A DNA stretch of 64,000 nt from Chiloscyllium plagiosum (Eukaryota). Every line of letters starts with the position of its first letter. Position 1 is the first letter of the stretch. The notes under the pieces were generated by a model that did not search any database, was not told the DNA's origin, and was given only the letters and a program-made list of their open reading frames with translations. This document shows positions 24,955 to 38,419 of the stretch, piece after piece. Both the position numbers and the translations under genes were made by a program. The DNA lies in contig NC_057719.1 of assembly GCF_004010195.1 (NCBI RefSeq), positions 55,498,785 through 55,562,784 of the forward strand, read 5' to 3'.

Positions 24955-26460
24955 TTCATTTGCATGGGATAGACGTTTCTCTGGTTGGAAATGCTCATCC
25001 CCTTACTTGTCCTTGAAAAATGGTAGTGAGCTATGTTTGGGTCAGGTCTCTTTTTGGGTGGCTTCTTCTTCATTTCCTAATTGTCCAGTCTGCTGCCACT
25101 CTGAGTAGATGTATGTCTGGGAGAGGAATACAAGTGATGCCTGGTTCAAACGTCACTCTGTCACAATGTCCTTTAGCTCCTTCTGACCAATCCTGTGTAA
25201 TAATGCTTCATAGGTGATACAGTGTCTGTTACTTAAGTTATGCCCAGGAAGACATCCAACTTTTCCCTTCCTTGTCTCATCTGGCATATGTTGGTACTGG
25301 ACTGGAGATGTGGAGACATAGATTCAGCTTATGGAATTACTACAAGACTGATATGTTGTTGTTGATTCTTGTGTGACTGTAATTCTCCATATTACCATCA
25401 CTGGAGATGTTGCTTCCTTTGCAAAGGGTATGATTGATGTCCTTGATGATTCATTCGCAATAGTGATGGAGGGGCCTTGTTGCCAAGCATTCATTATTGT
25501 CATTGTCTTCTCACAGCGGATGTCCAAATCAAACTTGACACTTCTCTTCATAAAATGGATTATCATGTCTTGGAATAAATGGAGTTCTTTGATTCATGAC
25601 CCTCAGGACATCTCAAAACCATCAGCAAGTCACCCTCCAGGTCATACACTATCCTGACTTGGACATATATTACATTTTCTTTACTGTGATAGGTAATGTA
25701 CCTGGAACTCATTTCCTTTCAGATCTATGGGTGCAGTACACTCTACAGACTGCAATGGTTCAAAGAGTAGTTTACCATTACCGTCTCTGGGACAATTGAG
25801 GTTTGGCAATAACTGCTGGTTTATCCAATGTTGTCAGCAATTAATAAAATGAGATTAAAGTAACTTTTTTGAGATATCCTGAGTGTGGTGAATCGAAGCA
25901 TTATGCTCACTCTAAGGTATGATCGTGGATAAGCATTGGGGAGTCAGAGAGTGAGGAGTAGTTTTCTAGCTTCTAATCACTTACATGGTCAGTCCAGTTC
26001 CATTTCTGGTCAATGATAATCCTTCAGATGTTGGTAGAAGAGGATTCACCAATGGTGATGTCATTAAATGTCATGCTTACAAAGTGACTGACAAATGTAT
26101 TTATTTGGCTGTCTCTCTGACAATATTTTTTCAGATGAGGGTGAAATAAAAATCTTATCTCTTCTGTTGGAGATCATCATTGTCTAGCACTTATGTGATA
26201 TGATTTTTTTTTTACAATTTATTAACTCATACCTAGATATTGATCCATGCCTAGATATTGACCAGGTCTTATTGCATATGGATATGGATTGTATCAGTAT
26301 CTGTGGAATTACAAATGGTGTTGAACATTATGCAATCATCAGTGAACATTCCCATTTCTGAGGTTACAGTCAATGAAAGGCTTTTAAGAAGCAAGTGAAG
26401 ATTGTTGGTCCTAGAATACTACCCTAAGGAATTCCTGCAGTGCTTCCCTGGATGAATTAA
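24955..26460 (-). mobile_element. Patchwork of decayed fragments of the CR1/L2-group LINE family (includes a plus-strand 3' piece at ~25600-25850)
   Basis: GTCCAGTTCCATTTCTGGTCAATGATAATCC matches 1848-1885; 25640-25830 resembles the reverse complement of 27690-27860. Confidence 0.5.
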
Positions 26461-27684
26461 TTGCTTTTGGAGTGTAGTCACTGTTTCAGTGTAGGAAACA
26501 ATGCAGCTGTCTCGTGCATAGCAAGGTCTCAGGGTATACAATGAGATATTATCCAGGTCGATATCTGAGAGATATTGAACAAGCTTGATGTAGAGCAAGG
26601 TTTTCTATGAGAAAGCTCAGTTGCTTGACGTTATTTTCTAACTGTGATTTGGAATATTGCTATCGATATTGTGAAATATCAAGCAACCACCTCCTGAAAT
26701 ATGTGTGTCTGCCCTTCCTTCCAGCAATCTACACACTGCTTGATCAGTTTTTTTGATGCATTGATCCACTGAATTAGTCCTGATAGAGCTTCTTGCCAGC
26801 ACATGGTAAATATCACAGTCTGCCAAACCTTGTCAGCTCTCAGTCATTCTCTTCCAAAACGCACCCGCACAGCAAAATATAGTAAAAGCAATAACTATAA
26901 AAAGAAAGACAAACCCTTAAATTTATATGTACTTTCTAAAATGTACTTTCTAAGTTAGTAGGATATCTCAGAGATAAAGTGGTATTTGGCAAACTATTTG
27001 CATTTTGCTTTTGCAGTTTAAAAAAGCTTCCAACCTGCGCCAAGTTATTGATGAGTCATAGAATCATACAGCACAGAGGATACATGCTGTATGTTATCAT
27101 GATCTTTTTTCAGTGCCTTCTAATTTTTTGTATTATTGTACTAAGGGTGTATTGTGGCAATATATGGAAAGTTAAATAATGTAAATTATATTATTGATAT
27201 CAGCATTGTAATTACAGTAGACACACATTGTGGAGTGGGATTACACATTGAACATATACTCTCATTCTGCTTCAGTCATCATTTCTTGACTACTGCAGGG
27301 CCTCTCATGAATTGAAGCAAAAGAATGACATGCTTGTTTTTGTACTATAAAGCCAGTTTTACTGAATTAAAATCAATTTTAAAAAACAACTAAAGTAAGA
27401 GACAAAATGAAATAAAATGGAATGTACTATTATCTGAATGATTAGAATGGGATGCTTGAAAATATTTTGTTATTTAAACACAGACTAATGCAGTTCTCCA
27501 AGGGTACCGGTAGACAAACAACAGCAATTGAAACAAATCAATGAAACTAGCTTACAATTCAGTGAGCTGTGTGTAATAATGAAAATCCAAAGGTGAATGA
27601 CTTTGACTTTAACTTGGGCATGTCAGCATCTTTTGTGAGCGTTTATGTTATGAGCCGGAAATTGCTGCTATCATTTTACTTTTT

Positions 27685-28005
27685 TCTGCCTGAGGACGTT
27701 ATCCCAAATTCCATCTGAGAAGGTGGCCCCTTCTTGAACCGATGCCATCCATGTGATGTAAGTAGACCCACGGTGATGGTAGGGAGGCAATTCCAGGATT
27801 TTAATCCTGTGACAGCGAAGGAAATACTGATCTATGTCCACGTCAGGGTGAGATCTGATTTGGAGAGTATCTTGCAGGGCAATGGCATTCCCATGCATTT
27901 TCTGCGCTTGTCCTTCTTGTTGGCAGCAGTCATAGATTTGGTGTTGCTCTAGGAAAGACATCAGCATGGTGCTGCAATGCATCCAGTACATGTTGCACAC
28001 TGCTA
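27685..28005 (-). mobile_element. 3' end of the CR1/L2-group LINE family
   Basis: 27855-27960 aligns with 1445-1560; includes GGGAGGCAATTCCAGGATTTTAATCCTGTGACAG. Confidence 0.6.
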
Positions 28006-28934
28006 GTGAGCATAAATTTAAGGAAAGTTTTAAATGCAGGTGGACATACAGTGAAGCAGCAGGTCCACAATTTCAAACTGTGGTGGCAAACCAGTTCACG
28101 AAGCAGATCTCACTAATATATTACTGACCAGCTGGATCTCCTGTAAAGGTGACTGTCTGCAGCTCCCTCGCTCCAGTTTGCCATAATATTAATGGATCAG
28201 GGCTGACCTGGCCAACTGAATGTCATTTTCTTGGGACTGTGAATGGGAGAAGCCTGGGCCAAGACCCACCCTCTGCTCCTCCCAACCCCAGGGAAATGTA
28301 TTCTATGCTTTCTATTTTAAGCCTCTTCTTCTTGCCCATCAGATTTTTCTGAGTCCTACATCCAAAGCACAAACTTCACCCAGTAAATGGGTAAAATTGC
28401 ATTAGGAACCTATACACACCAAAGGACTTCAATGTGCTAAAGTTTTCTTTCATGTAAAAATTTTCACAAGACCAATTGTCAACTATCTGATGTGTGTTGA
28501 GTGAAAATATTTTTCAAAGATATTGATCATGAATATTATCTGATCTCAATTGCTTATGTACTTGAAGTCTGTGTAACCAATGCAGGTGAAAACCAGAATT
28601 AAGAGCAGAATTTTCAACAGAGTTAGCATTTGACCTAAGTATGACATCAGAACTCTTGAGAAAAACTGGAATAAATGTGGGGAAAACAGAAACCTGCTCT
28701 ACTAGAGTCATACATAGGAAGGAAATGGTTGTTGTTGACATTCTGCACAGGAACAACACACACTAGATTTTATATGTGACCGTGACTTTCTTACAGACAT
28801 ATTTTTAAAGAAATACCTTCACCTCACATTCCACTTATCTTTCACATAACAACATCAAAAGGTTTGACTAACATCACAAAGCATGGAGAACAATCACAAA
28901 CTGTTGATCAAAAACTAAGCAATTGAACATAATA

Positions 28935-29110
28935 CAGAGGAAACTTGATTATCCAGCATTCGATTATCCGAATTTCGGATTATCCGGACAAGATCACAAG
29001 GTCCCAATGCTTGGCTAAACTGTGTTATCCGGCATTCCATTATCTGAACATTCGATTATCTGAGCAAAATACACCCCACCCGTGTCGTTCGGATAATCGA
29101 GGTTCCTCTG
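28935..29110. mobile_element. Tc1/mariner (Tigger/pogo-type) MITE, 176 bp
   Basis: TA-CAGAGGAAACTTGATTATCC ... GGATAATCGAGGTTCCTCTG-TA: ~20-bp TIRs, TA TSD, internal TTATCCG repeats. Confidence 0.88.
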
Positions 29111-29653
29111 TAGTTGGAGGCTAATCAATGCAACTACAGGGCATTACTGCAAAAGCTCCTCAAAGAGGTGTCCTTGGATCAAACTGCTTCAGTTTCTTTC
29201 ACTGATATCTTTATCATAGAGTTAAGAATGATTGAAAATTGGTTGAAAATTGCAATTTTCAGCCTGCCAACCCTTCCAATCAGGAAACATCCCATGTAAA
29301 TGCACAAACAATATGGCATGAAATATTTCTGTTATGTTGATGCCAGCCAATGGCTATTTCCAGCAAGACAAAGTTTAAATATTCATTGCAATCCCTATCC
29401 TTCGATGGCATCGCTTTTACTGAAACCCAATCATCAACAGTTTGGGTACAAGCAATAATCAGATCAGACTTGTTAATATTGTAGCTGCAAGAGTAAAGCA
29501 ACATGTATGTGCTCTGCAATGACTGTCTGGCCTTTGGAATCCCCAGTGTTTCTTTGTCATTGGTTGTGGAATGCTCATCACTACCAGTGTTAGTTGCATC
29601 ATCTTCAAGTAGGGAAGCAATATCATGTCTTTGCTAGGTCAATATCCACACAA

Positions 29654-29812
29654 GGCCAAAGTGGCTACTGCAGTTGCTGGAGATTAGAGTCGAGATTAGA
29701 GTGGTGCTGGAAAAGCACAGGATTCCTGATGAATGGCTTTTGCCCGACACATTGATTTTCCTGCTCCACAGATGCTGCCTGACCTGCTGTGCTTTTCCAG
29801 CATCACTCTCAT
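29654..29812. mobile_element. Inverted Penelope terminal composite
   Basis: GAGTGGTGCTGGAAAAGCACAG inverted against CTGTGCTTTTCCAGCATCACTC; degenerate CTGATGA..GACAC core; TATCCACACAA at 29643-29653 and 29813-29823. Confidence 0.8.
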
Positions 29813-31774
29813 TATCCACACAACTACACTTCTTCAATATTTCAGTTTCTAAACCAGGTGTTGCTTATTCTCTGTAACTCTTTTATAAAATTATAGTCCA
29901 TGAAATTAAACATAGGGGGCCTTATTCTTAAAAATATTTCCAGACTGAAATGATTTGCATCTATATTATAGAGAAAGACAACAAACTACTCTTGTAAGCC
30001 AAATGCGACCACAACAAGTTAATTTCCAGGCAATAGAATTAGGCTCAATTTGGCTACTTTTTGTTTTTCATAAAGTAGTATCACATACTGAATAGGGTAA
30101 AAATGTAGCGTCAAACATTGGATTTCATCCTGTTTATTCTAAGTCTGCATTCTAATTACTTCAACAGAACATAACCAATTTACACAAAATAAAATTCATT
30201 CAAATCTGTTCAGTTTCAAATCGAAAGTTAATTTTATTTTCAAGGATCATCATGACAGGAATTTAAAAGTAATATTTCACATTATTTTGGCTATCTTAGA
30301 TGTGTATAAACATATGACCAATTTTTTTTATTATTCGCAAGCTAATGAAAGACCGATATCATTCTTAACTCACGGATGTGGGCAAAATGACAGTTATACA
30401 AGAGAAGGTTCTGATGATAGAACCTGCCAAAGTGAGTATGAGGTTGTTGAAGCTCTGTGTTGCATTAGTAAAAGTAGATATATTCTTTCAGATTACCAGG
30501 ATTTGTGTCAAATTAAATCTAGCCAGTTCAGACTTTTTTAATGATCAGTGCTTCAGAATGAACACACACAGGACATCTCCAGTGATGAACCATTAGCTGA
30601 ACACTTTATCCCTGTTAAATTTGATCACATAATCACATTTCTAAGCTGGTAGGTTTTGGCTACTTTCTTCAGCCTGTGGTCATGTGCTCATATCTCAAGA
30701 AAAAGTTCTTCTGGCTATCAAGCAACTTTGAACTAATTAATTTCTGAGTTCAGTTAACACTAAAGGTGAATTTACTTGGGCACGTTTTGAAAATTATGTT
30801 GAATGGGTGTTCGTTACAAATACAATGTGACCTTTTTCACATAATGCTAGTTAAAATCAATTTCAGTTCATTAATCTGGATTATCTAAAACGTCATGTAT
30901 TAAAATCAAATATTAGAAATTGATCTGGGCCTCAGCTTGGCCTTGTGCTGGAAGCAAGTCAAGCACAAAAACATCTCTTTTCTAATCCACAGATTTTATT
31001 TTTCCTCCATGTCTCACAGACATCATAGTCATGCCTTTTGGGTAAACGTGAAAGCAAATAAATAGTTAATATTTCAGCAATTTCAGTAAAAGATGTTGCA
31101 ACTCATTCAGGTCGGTGTGGCTCTCACTCATTTTAAAATTCCTTCTGATATTCACTTCCAGTAAATTCAGCACTAATTTCCTGTGACACTTGATTATAAT
31201 CACCAGGGAAGCCAGTGTGAACTCTGCATTGCTATGCTGAAAACATTTCTTTTTGCTTTAGTCCCATGTCAGATTAGCTATGAGTAGAAATTAGGTTTCA
31301 ACAGATCTTGTTGGACAAGCAGGCCAGGCTGATTAAACTTAAAATTTGGGCTTTCATTTTAAAGAAATACTCTTGGCGTGGAAATTTTTTAAAAACAAAA
31401 TACAAAATTAAAGTTTTAAAAAAAAATTCTTGTTGATGAATTACTAAAATGAGACAAAACAATACCATTGAATTAAAAGTGAATAGTGATTCAAGAGATA
31501 TAAAGAATTAAAGTACTGCCAAAATTATTATGCTCATCAATGACTTATTAGAGAAAAATTTATACTTGTGAGTCAGAAATTTGAGTTTATTTCAGTCTTA
31601 ATAATATTTTTTGAATAGCTAATATTCCATACAATCATAGAAAAAGATGCAGGAGTGGACATATCCTTTGTTTCCTGCGGATCAAACGATGCCTACTCCA
31701 GCCTTAAATGCAGAAAAATTAGTTAAATACTGTTATGTTAACAGCAAGAATGTGAATCATTTACATCATTAGAA

Positions 31775-32075
31775 TGGCACGGTGGCACAGTGGTTAGCAC
31801 TGCTGCCTCACAGCACCAGAGACCCGGGTTCAATTCCCACCTCAGGCGACTGACTGTGTGGAGTTTGCACGTTCTCCCCGTGTCTGTGTGGGTTTCCTCC
31901 AGGTGCTCCGGTTTCCTCCCACAGTCCAAAGATGTGCAGGTCAGGTGAATTGGCCATGCTAAATTGCCCGTAGTGTTAGGTAAGGGGTAAATGTAGGGGT
32001 ATGGGTGGGTTGCGCTTCGGCGGGTCGGTATGGACTTGTTGGGCCAAAGGGCCTGTTTCCACACTGTAATGTAAA
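31775..32075 (+). mobile_element. V-SINE (HE1-like), full length
   Basis: A box TGGCACAGTGG, B box GGTTCAATTCC, V domain GTGTGGAGTTTGCACGTTCTCCCCGTGTCTG, CR1-like tail GGGCCAAAGGGCCTGTTTCC. Confidence 0.93.
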
Positions 32076-33629
32076 GAACAAAAAAGAAAGTATGTTATCA
32101 GATCACATTGAACTGAGACCTGAGGGAAGAATCATACTCAACCATTATTGTACAAGCAATCCTCACCACTGACCACCTCATTTTTTTGTGATATTCTCTA
32201 CTATTGCTTACCATGGAGTAGTTTTGCGGCCACCCTGATTTAAGTTAGGGATCTACAGACACTTAATCAGTTGTGGTAGAGAAAAAGCACTTGCTGGTCT
32301 AATGAGAAGCGGTTATTTCCTTAAATAATTGCATCCCTCCACCATCCATGCTATACCATGCTACATAACTAGGCAGCTTCCCTTGTTGTTCAACAGCCTA
32401 GGGAACATACATCTCACTATAAGGCAGTGTGCTACATGTGCCTACTGCTGACATGGCAAACACACTGCATGAACAGTAAGGAAGCAGCCATGTCTCAAAC
32501 TCTGAGGGGAATACTTCTGACTGAAATTCATGGAGGCACTGATTATTCAGAGAGTCCTAGCACAGTACATCAGGGTCAACAACCACTAACGGTCCATGGG
32601 ATTGGCCCCAGGAAATCTTCTGTTTGGGCTGATCTCAGTTGGTGGAGTAAGTACCTCTTCAATCCACAGAGTGGATTACAGTCAGTCCTATGGCTTCATA
32701 GTCAGGGTGACAGTACTTATGCTGTTGTGAAGATAGATGGCCACCAGTCAGAGGTCTATCCAGTTAGGTCATTCAAAGAAGTTGGCCATGATCAGGCTGT
32801 CAGCATCACCCACAGAAACTAAGGAGAAAGCAGGGTCAGACTTAAAGAGTTACAGTTGCCCCATTTCTAGCTTTCAATGAGTTAGTCTTTGTGACTGAAG
32901 GCTGCAGTGTTGAGGGTGGGAAAATGACAATAGTGAAGGAGATGAACAGCATCTTCAAGGGAATATGGTATAGAATGGGATAGGAGGATTGTCCAGTGTC
33001 AGGAGTGTTCTGGCTTCAAGGGGGTTCAGTAAATGACTACACTGGCATGGTCACCTCATATCGCAGGGCCTGGGGTGTGACTATGTTGGGCAGGTACAGG
33101 CTCATGTAAATGGTTTAAGTAAGCATGCAGAGAGGTGCAAAGGCAATGGGATTTACAGCAAAAGCTTCCAGGAAAGGGATTTGGATATTTGGGTTGTCAG
33201 TCAGAGACTGCAAGGCAGTGGCCAAGGAACACTTGTTTGCTTTCCATTGTTCTGGAACTCATTTGGGAAGAAAATTGCTCAGAGTGATGTATGATCTATG
33301 AGGGAGGGGACTTAAGCCCCACTGATGAAAGTGCTTTTTAAAAGGAAGGAATATTGTATCCAGAGCCATGAACTGTCAAGGAATCATTCCTTCAGGATCT
33401 ATATTCCCCAGGCATTCGAAGGCATTGCTCCCTCTTAGCCACAGACATGGCTGACCAATTCATTCATGACTACACTTTTGGTTACAGAAACTGTGAAAGA
33501 ATAGGAGGTTGGACAAGCGAGGAGGGCCACAGGTATCAGCAGTACTGAATGCCCTGAACATGCCTTGTTCCTCTTGCTGCTGGAAGATGCAGCAAGCCCC
33601 CAATACAGACCTCCATTTATGGACCATTG

Positions 33630-33936
33630 GGTGGTACAGTGGCGCAGTGCTTAGCACTGCTGCCTCACAGCTCCAGAAACCTGGGTTCAATTCCTGCCTC
33701 AGGCGACTCTCTGTGTGGAGTTTGCACAGTCTCCCTGTGTCTGCGTGGGTTTCCTCCACGTGCTCCGGTTTCCTCCCACAATCCAAAAATGTGCAGGCTA
33801 AGTGAATTGGCCATGGTAAATTGCCTGTAATGTTAGGTGAAGGGGCAAATGTAGGGGAATGGGTGGGTTACGCTACGGCGGGTCAGTGTGGACTTGTTGG
33901 GCCGAAGGGCCTGTTTCCACACTGTAAGTAATCTAA
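33630..33936 (+). mobile_element. V-SINE (HE1-like), full length
   Basis: High similarity to 31775-32075. Confidence 0.92.
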
Positions 33937-35289
33937 CCATCATCTGTGGCCACACTAGAGCAATGGAATTCAGAAGTACACAGAGAGGAACAAACAATTA
34001 GATGTCAGGTCAAATCAATGGAACGTACGGAAAGGTGAAAATTGACATGCAGTGCATTGTCATTCAAGCCACCAAAGTATCTCAATAGATTTCCTTCTTC
34101 CTATCCCTCCTACTGCATTGCTGTTACTCCCTGGTTCTTCAGCTGGGGTGGAGGGAGTCTGCTCAATAGTTGAGTACATTGGTCCTTGATGGGTGGTCTG
34201 GGGTCACATGGATCTGGATGAGTCAGACATACTAAGGGCTTGTTGCCAGAGGCAAGTTAATCATGTTCAGCCTGAACCTCTTAGGATTGAAGATGGGCAT
34301 CCAGGGTGGGGATTGAGGGCCAAGTGCTGAGAGTAGATTTCTGAAGGACATGTGTGTGGTTCCTCATCTGAGGGATGTTCCTCCTCCTTGAAAGGAAGGG
34401 GACCTGGAGTGCATGCAGGTTGCCTGTCCTCCATTTGCCCTGCCTTTGGTCCTGAGTTACAGTAGCTGGGACGATGGAGTACAGGTTTGTGTGCCTCTCT
34501 AGTCGAGTCTGAGGTCTTTACATGGTTTTGTGTTGCAGCCACCAACCTGTCCTTTGGAAACAGACAAATGGTTGCATGATGATGCAGCTTCTGGGCAATG
34601 AGGCCACAGTCTCCCATATCCCTGTCTGCTGCTCCTGATCCTCCCTGAGCATGTGCACATTGTTGATATCACAGGGTCCCTTCCTTCCTAGGTTTGAGAG
34701 GTACCCGGTCTCTGGCACTCCTCTAGGTGCCAGCGGACTGGGGCATTTTTTCCTCAGCCAGCTGCAGAGCTACTCTCCAGATTGTGCTTCCACACACTAT
34801 ATAAGGCTAACGTTCCCACAGAGGTGTCAGTATCTGAGCTGGAGGGCTATTGCTAATGCTATTCTGAGGCCTCAAAGTTCTCTTTCTCAAAGGTCAAGGT
34901 GCTGGTTTTTGGGGATACTGATCATTTCTTCGTGGAGTTGGTGAAGGTGCTTGTTTTAAGTGCAAGTCCCAAGAAAGAGAAGGCCCTGAGGCCAGTGCTT
35001 AGAAGTGGTATGCAATGAATGATACTGACAGCAGGGTTACTGTGAGAGTTGCAGTGGAATGAAGAGTGGTACATTTTCGGTTGGTGTGATATTAATGTCT
35101 CAACAAACCTGGAGGAGAAGTCCTGGTCTTCTCCTGCGAGGTCCAGAATTTTGTCTTCATAGTAGGAATTGAACGTTGGACACCCTCCACCCATAGGGGC
35201 TCTTCCTGACCTGTTACACAAACTGTTTTCTCCTGTAAAGAAAGGAAGGAAGGGATTGAGGAAGGTGTAAGTGGCTGGCATGCCTGGGA

Positions 35290-35915
35290 ATAGACAGGGT
35301 GTTAAGAAGGCATTTGGCACGTTTGCCCTCATTGCTCAGACTTTTGATAACAGAACTTTGGACATTGTATTGGTGAGGTCTCTGCTGGAGTACTGTGTGC
35401 AGCTTTGGTCATCCGGTTATAGAAAGGATATTATTAAACTGGAGAGAGTTCAGAAAAGATTTACAAGGATGTTATCAGGAATGGACAGTTTGCGATACAA
35501 AAATAGACTGGAAAGGCTGGGGCTTTTTCACTGGAGTGCAGAAAGTTGAGGGGTGACCTTTTTGAGGTTTATAAAATCATGAGGGACATGAATAAGGTGA
35601 ATAACAAGGGTCTTTTCCCTTAGTTGGATGAATTCAAAACTAGGGGCATATTTTTAATTGAGAGGAGAACGATTTAACAAGAACATGCGAGGTAATTGTT
35701 TTATACAGAGTGTGGTTCATCTGTGGAATGAACTGACAGAGCAAGTGTTGGATGCAGGTACAGTTACAACATTTAAAAGACATTTAAATAAGTACATTAA
35801 TAGGAAAGGGAAGGATATGGGCCAAGCACAGGCAGATGGGACTAGTTTTAGACGTGGTCGCCATGGACTGGTTAGACCGAAGGGTCTATTTCCATTTTGT
35901 ATGACTCTATGACTC
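35290..35915 (+). mobile_element. CR1 (HER1-like) 3' portion
   Basis: VKKAFGTFALI..LEYCVQLWS..KLERVQKRFTRML; WNELTEQV; (ACTCTATG) tail. Confidence 0.9.
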
Positions 35916-36127
35916 TGAGTATCAGTCAAAAGCTGGTGAAATGTTCTGAGAGAGTGAGGGAGTGGTGCAGAGGCCATGAAGGTAAGTGATGTATGGGTTT
36001 GCTGAGTGTTAAGAGTGGGTGAGCTAAGATGTTGCAGGCAACACAGAATGACAGAGCTTAAGCATTGGTAGGTGATGTGTGCAATATCAGAGACAGTGTG
36101 AAATATGAGGAATTTATCCTGGATTGG

Positions 36128-36340
36128 CAGAGATGGTCATTGGCCTTCTTCTAGCATTACTGGCTGTTCCTCCACACTGGTGAGATGCCACTCACCCAAC
36201 TAGCAAACTTGGACCAGGCTGCTGGGGTCTGGTGGTGTGCCTGCTGCTCTGGTTCTCTGGAAGAAAGGCACCACCCCCTTGACCAGGATCTCTTGATTCC
36301 TGTTGGAAAATTACAGTGCCATCTTGCCCTTCTCTGATAC
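36128..36340 (-). pseudogene. Myb/SANT-like remnant of a Harbinger ORF2
   Basis: Minus strand EKGKMAL*FSNRNQEILVKG...QTPAAWSKFASWVSGISPVWRNSQ*C*KKANDHL. Confidence 0.5.
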
Positions 36341-38419
36341 CATCAAAAAACTTCCTTGACTGTGTGTGGCAGTTCCTGATTGCCAGTATTCGTCCTGATT
36401 CACAACGGCCTTTTCAAGATGGCATGATATGCTTGTCTTATGGTCAAATATTTGCCAGGTGGTGAATTATTCCAGCAACATTGCATGGTAACATGGGGCT
36501 GAGATCAGACATGACAGGCGTAATAGACTGGAGGTAAAAGATGCATGAGTGAGTTTAGTAAGATACGCGAAAAAACTCACTAGGTCTCGTGATGAAAAGC
36601 CCTCAAAAAACTCGATAGAATTTGAACTTAGCCAAATGTATATAAGACTGAGCCCTTTCAGGAAGACCTGGATGATGGGCCTTACCATGTCAAATTCCCA
36701 AGAAGTTATCCTCTGGGTTCCATATGACATCACCATATTGGGTAGTGCTTAAGGCACTGCTCAATATAAACCTTTTCAGATCTTTATACTTTTACACAAC
36801 ATCTTCCTCCCCCAAACTATGCATATATAATTGCATTTATCATGATGTCTTGGACTTCCTTTGTGGAGGATACCTTTGGCAATTGGCCCAGTACAATATC
36901 TGAATGAACTTTAGTCTAATTTATTTCCTTACACAGAGGATGACTGTCCTACTGAAATTGATGATTTCTATTCTTGCAGTATTCTGGATCACTCACTGGG
37001 TGCTTTCTTATTTGTAACATGCTGGATCTCTTTTCTTGGTAACATTTTCTTGGTCATATCCTAGCCCTCTAGACATTGGCTTTCCTTTCTCGGCAGTTGT
37101 GTGCACCACATCTTCAATCTGTCAGCAGATTTTTATTCTCAAACTGACTGCTAAATCTGTTTGCAAGTGTGTACTTTAACGTTATGTCTTTAATTTGTTC
37201 ATTAGCTTGGACTTTTAAAAACTTATTTGGCGAAAGGGGTTGCAATGTTGGTGAAACCACCATGTTTAATTTCTCCAGTTCTGATATTTGTGGATTGCTT
37301 CGCAGTTGGCATTCTCTCTGTCACTCATTCTACAGCCTTTTTCTGGGAAGATAGGAAAATGAAATTCTCTGCTTGAACTTGCATCATCTGAATCACCTCA
37401 GTATCTGACATCAGGCTTAAATCTGTCATAGTACACGGCAATACCACTACCTCCATATATTCTTCCAAGTCACACATTATCATATCTTAGAAATTTAATG
37501 CAGTTTATTCATTAGTCAAAATTGAGGAATCATGCCTTTTTTCCAGTAAACTGGAGGATTTCACCTTATTTTCAGCTTCTATAGATGAATCCCTCTATTT
37601 TTGACCTAAATAAATGATTCCTATTTCCTTAATGGCTTTGCTGAATGAATCCCATTGCCTTTGGCTTTAATAATGTCATCTGCTTTAATCACAGCATTTT
37701 CTGGCTGATTCCTGCTGTAACTGTAGCTCTCATAATAATTCCCATTTCTTTCATGGTTTTTGATTCTGGCAGTTTGCAGTTTCAATATGAAGGGCCTGTT
37801 TCCATGCTGTATGACTCTGTAACTATAACCATAACCTTTACCACAGTTTCAATAAAATATCTCCCATTTTTCTGCAATGTTAAGAAAGCCACCTGACTTT
37901 CTATTTCTATTAGACTTTATCTGCCTGACCGTCGCATCTGCATCTTTATCACCATAATTCTGGTTTTGTGATATCTGTAACTGCATTTTGAATCACTTCT
38001 GTGACCCTTGATTTCCCTAACTACAGCCATGCCCTGTGCTATCTGCTCACTACGGCAATAATACTCAACTTCAGTTGTAAATACTTTGTGTGTTTTTTTT
38101 ACTTCTAGATTTCCCAGCTTGTAATTCTGCAGAGTTTTATAAAGTTTTTCCTAGATTGTTCCTACAGATCCCCAGTACCTGACACGATCTGGAACTTGGA
38201 GTATCTAAGAATCTGGCTCCAGAGAATTCCATACCCTTTTCTGCTGCAGCAGGTCTGACAAAACCATTACGATTGACTGAAGCTTTTGTTTCGTTGAATC
38301 TCACCATAAGATTTTCTTCTGCTGGTTTTTAAAAAAATGTTTAGCTCTTCTGTCACAGACTGCCCATAGGTTTTTAAAGCTGTGCCTGAAGAGTGTTCAG
38401 ACCACCATTGTTGCTAGAA

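Noticed and set aside
30287..30596. Overlapping ORFs in unique DNA as possible host exon
   Set aside because: No recognisable protein similarity or convincing splice-site pair; needs RNA-seq or BLASTx.
31775..31845. tRNA-like sequence with A/B boxes (also 33630, 24010-24082)
   Set aside because: Head of a V-SINE continuing into SINE body, not a tRNA gene.
36800..38400. Purine-rich minus strand suggestive of another decayed LINE ORF
   Set aside because: No diagnostic motif recovered by eye; left unannotated.
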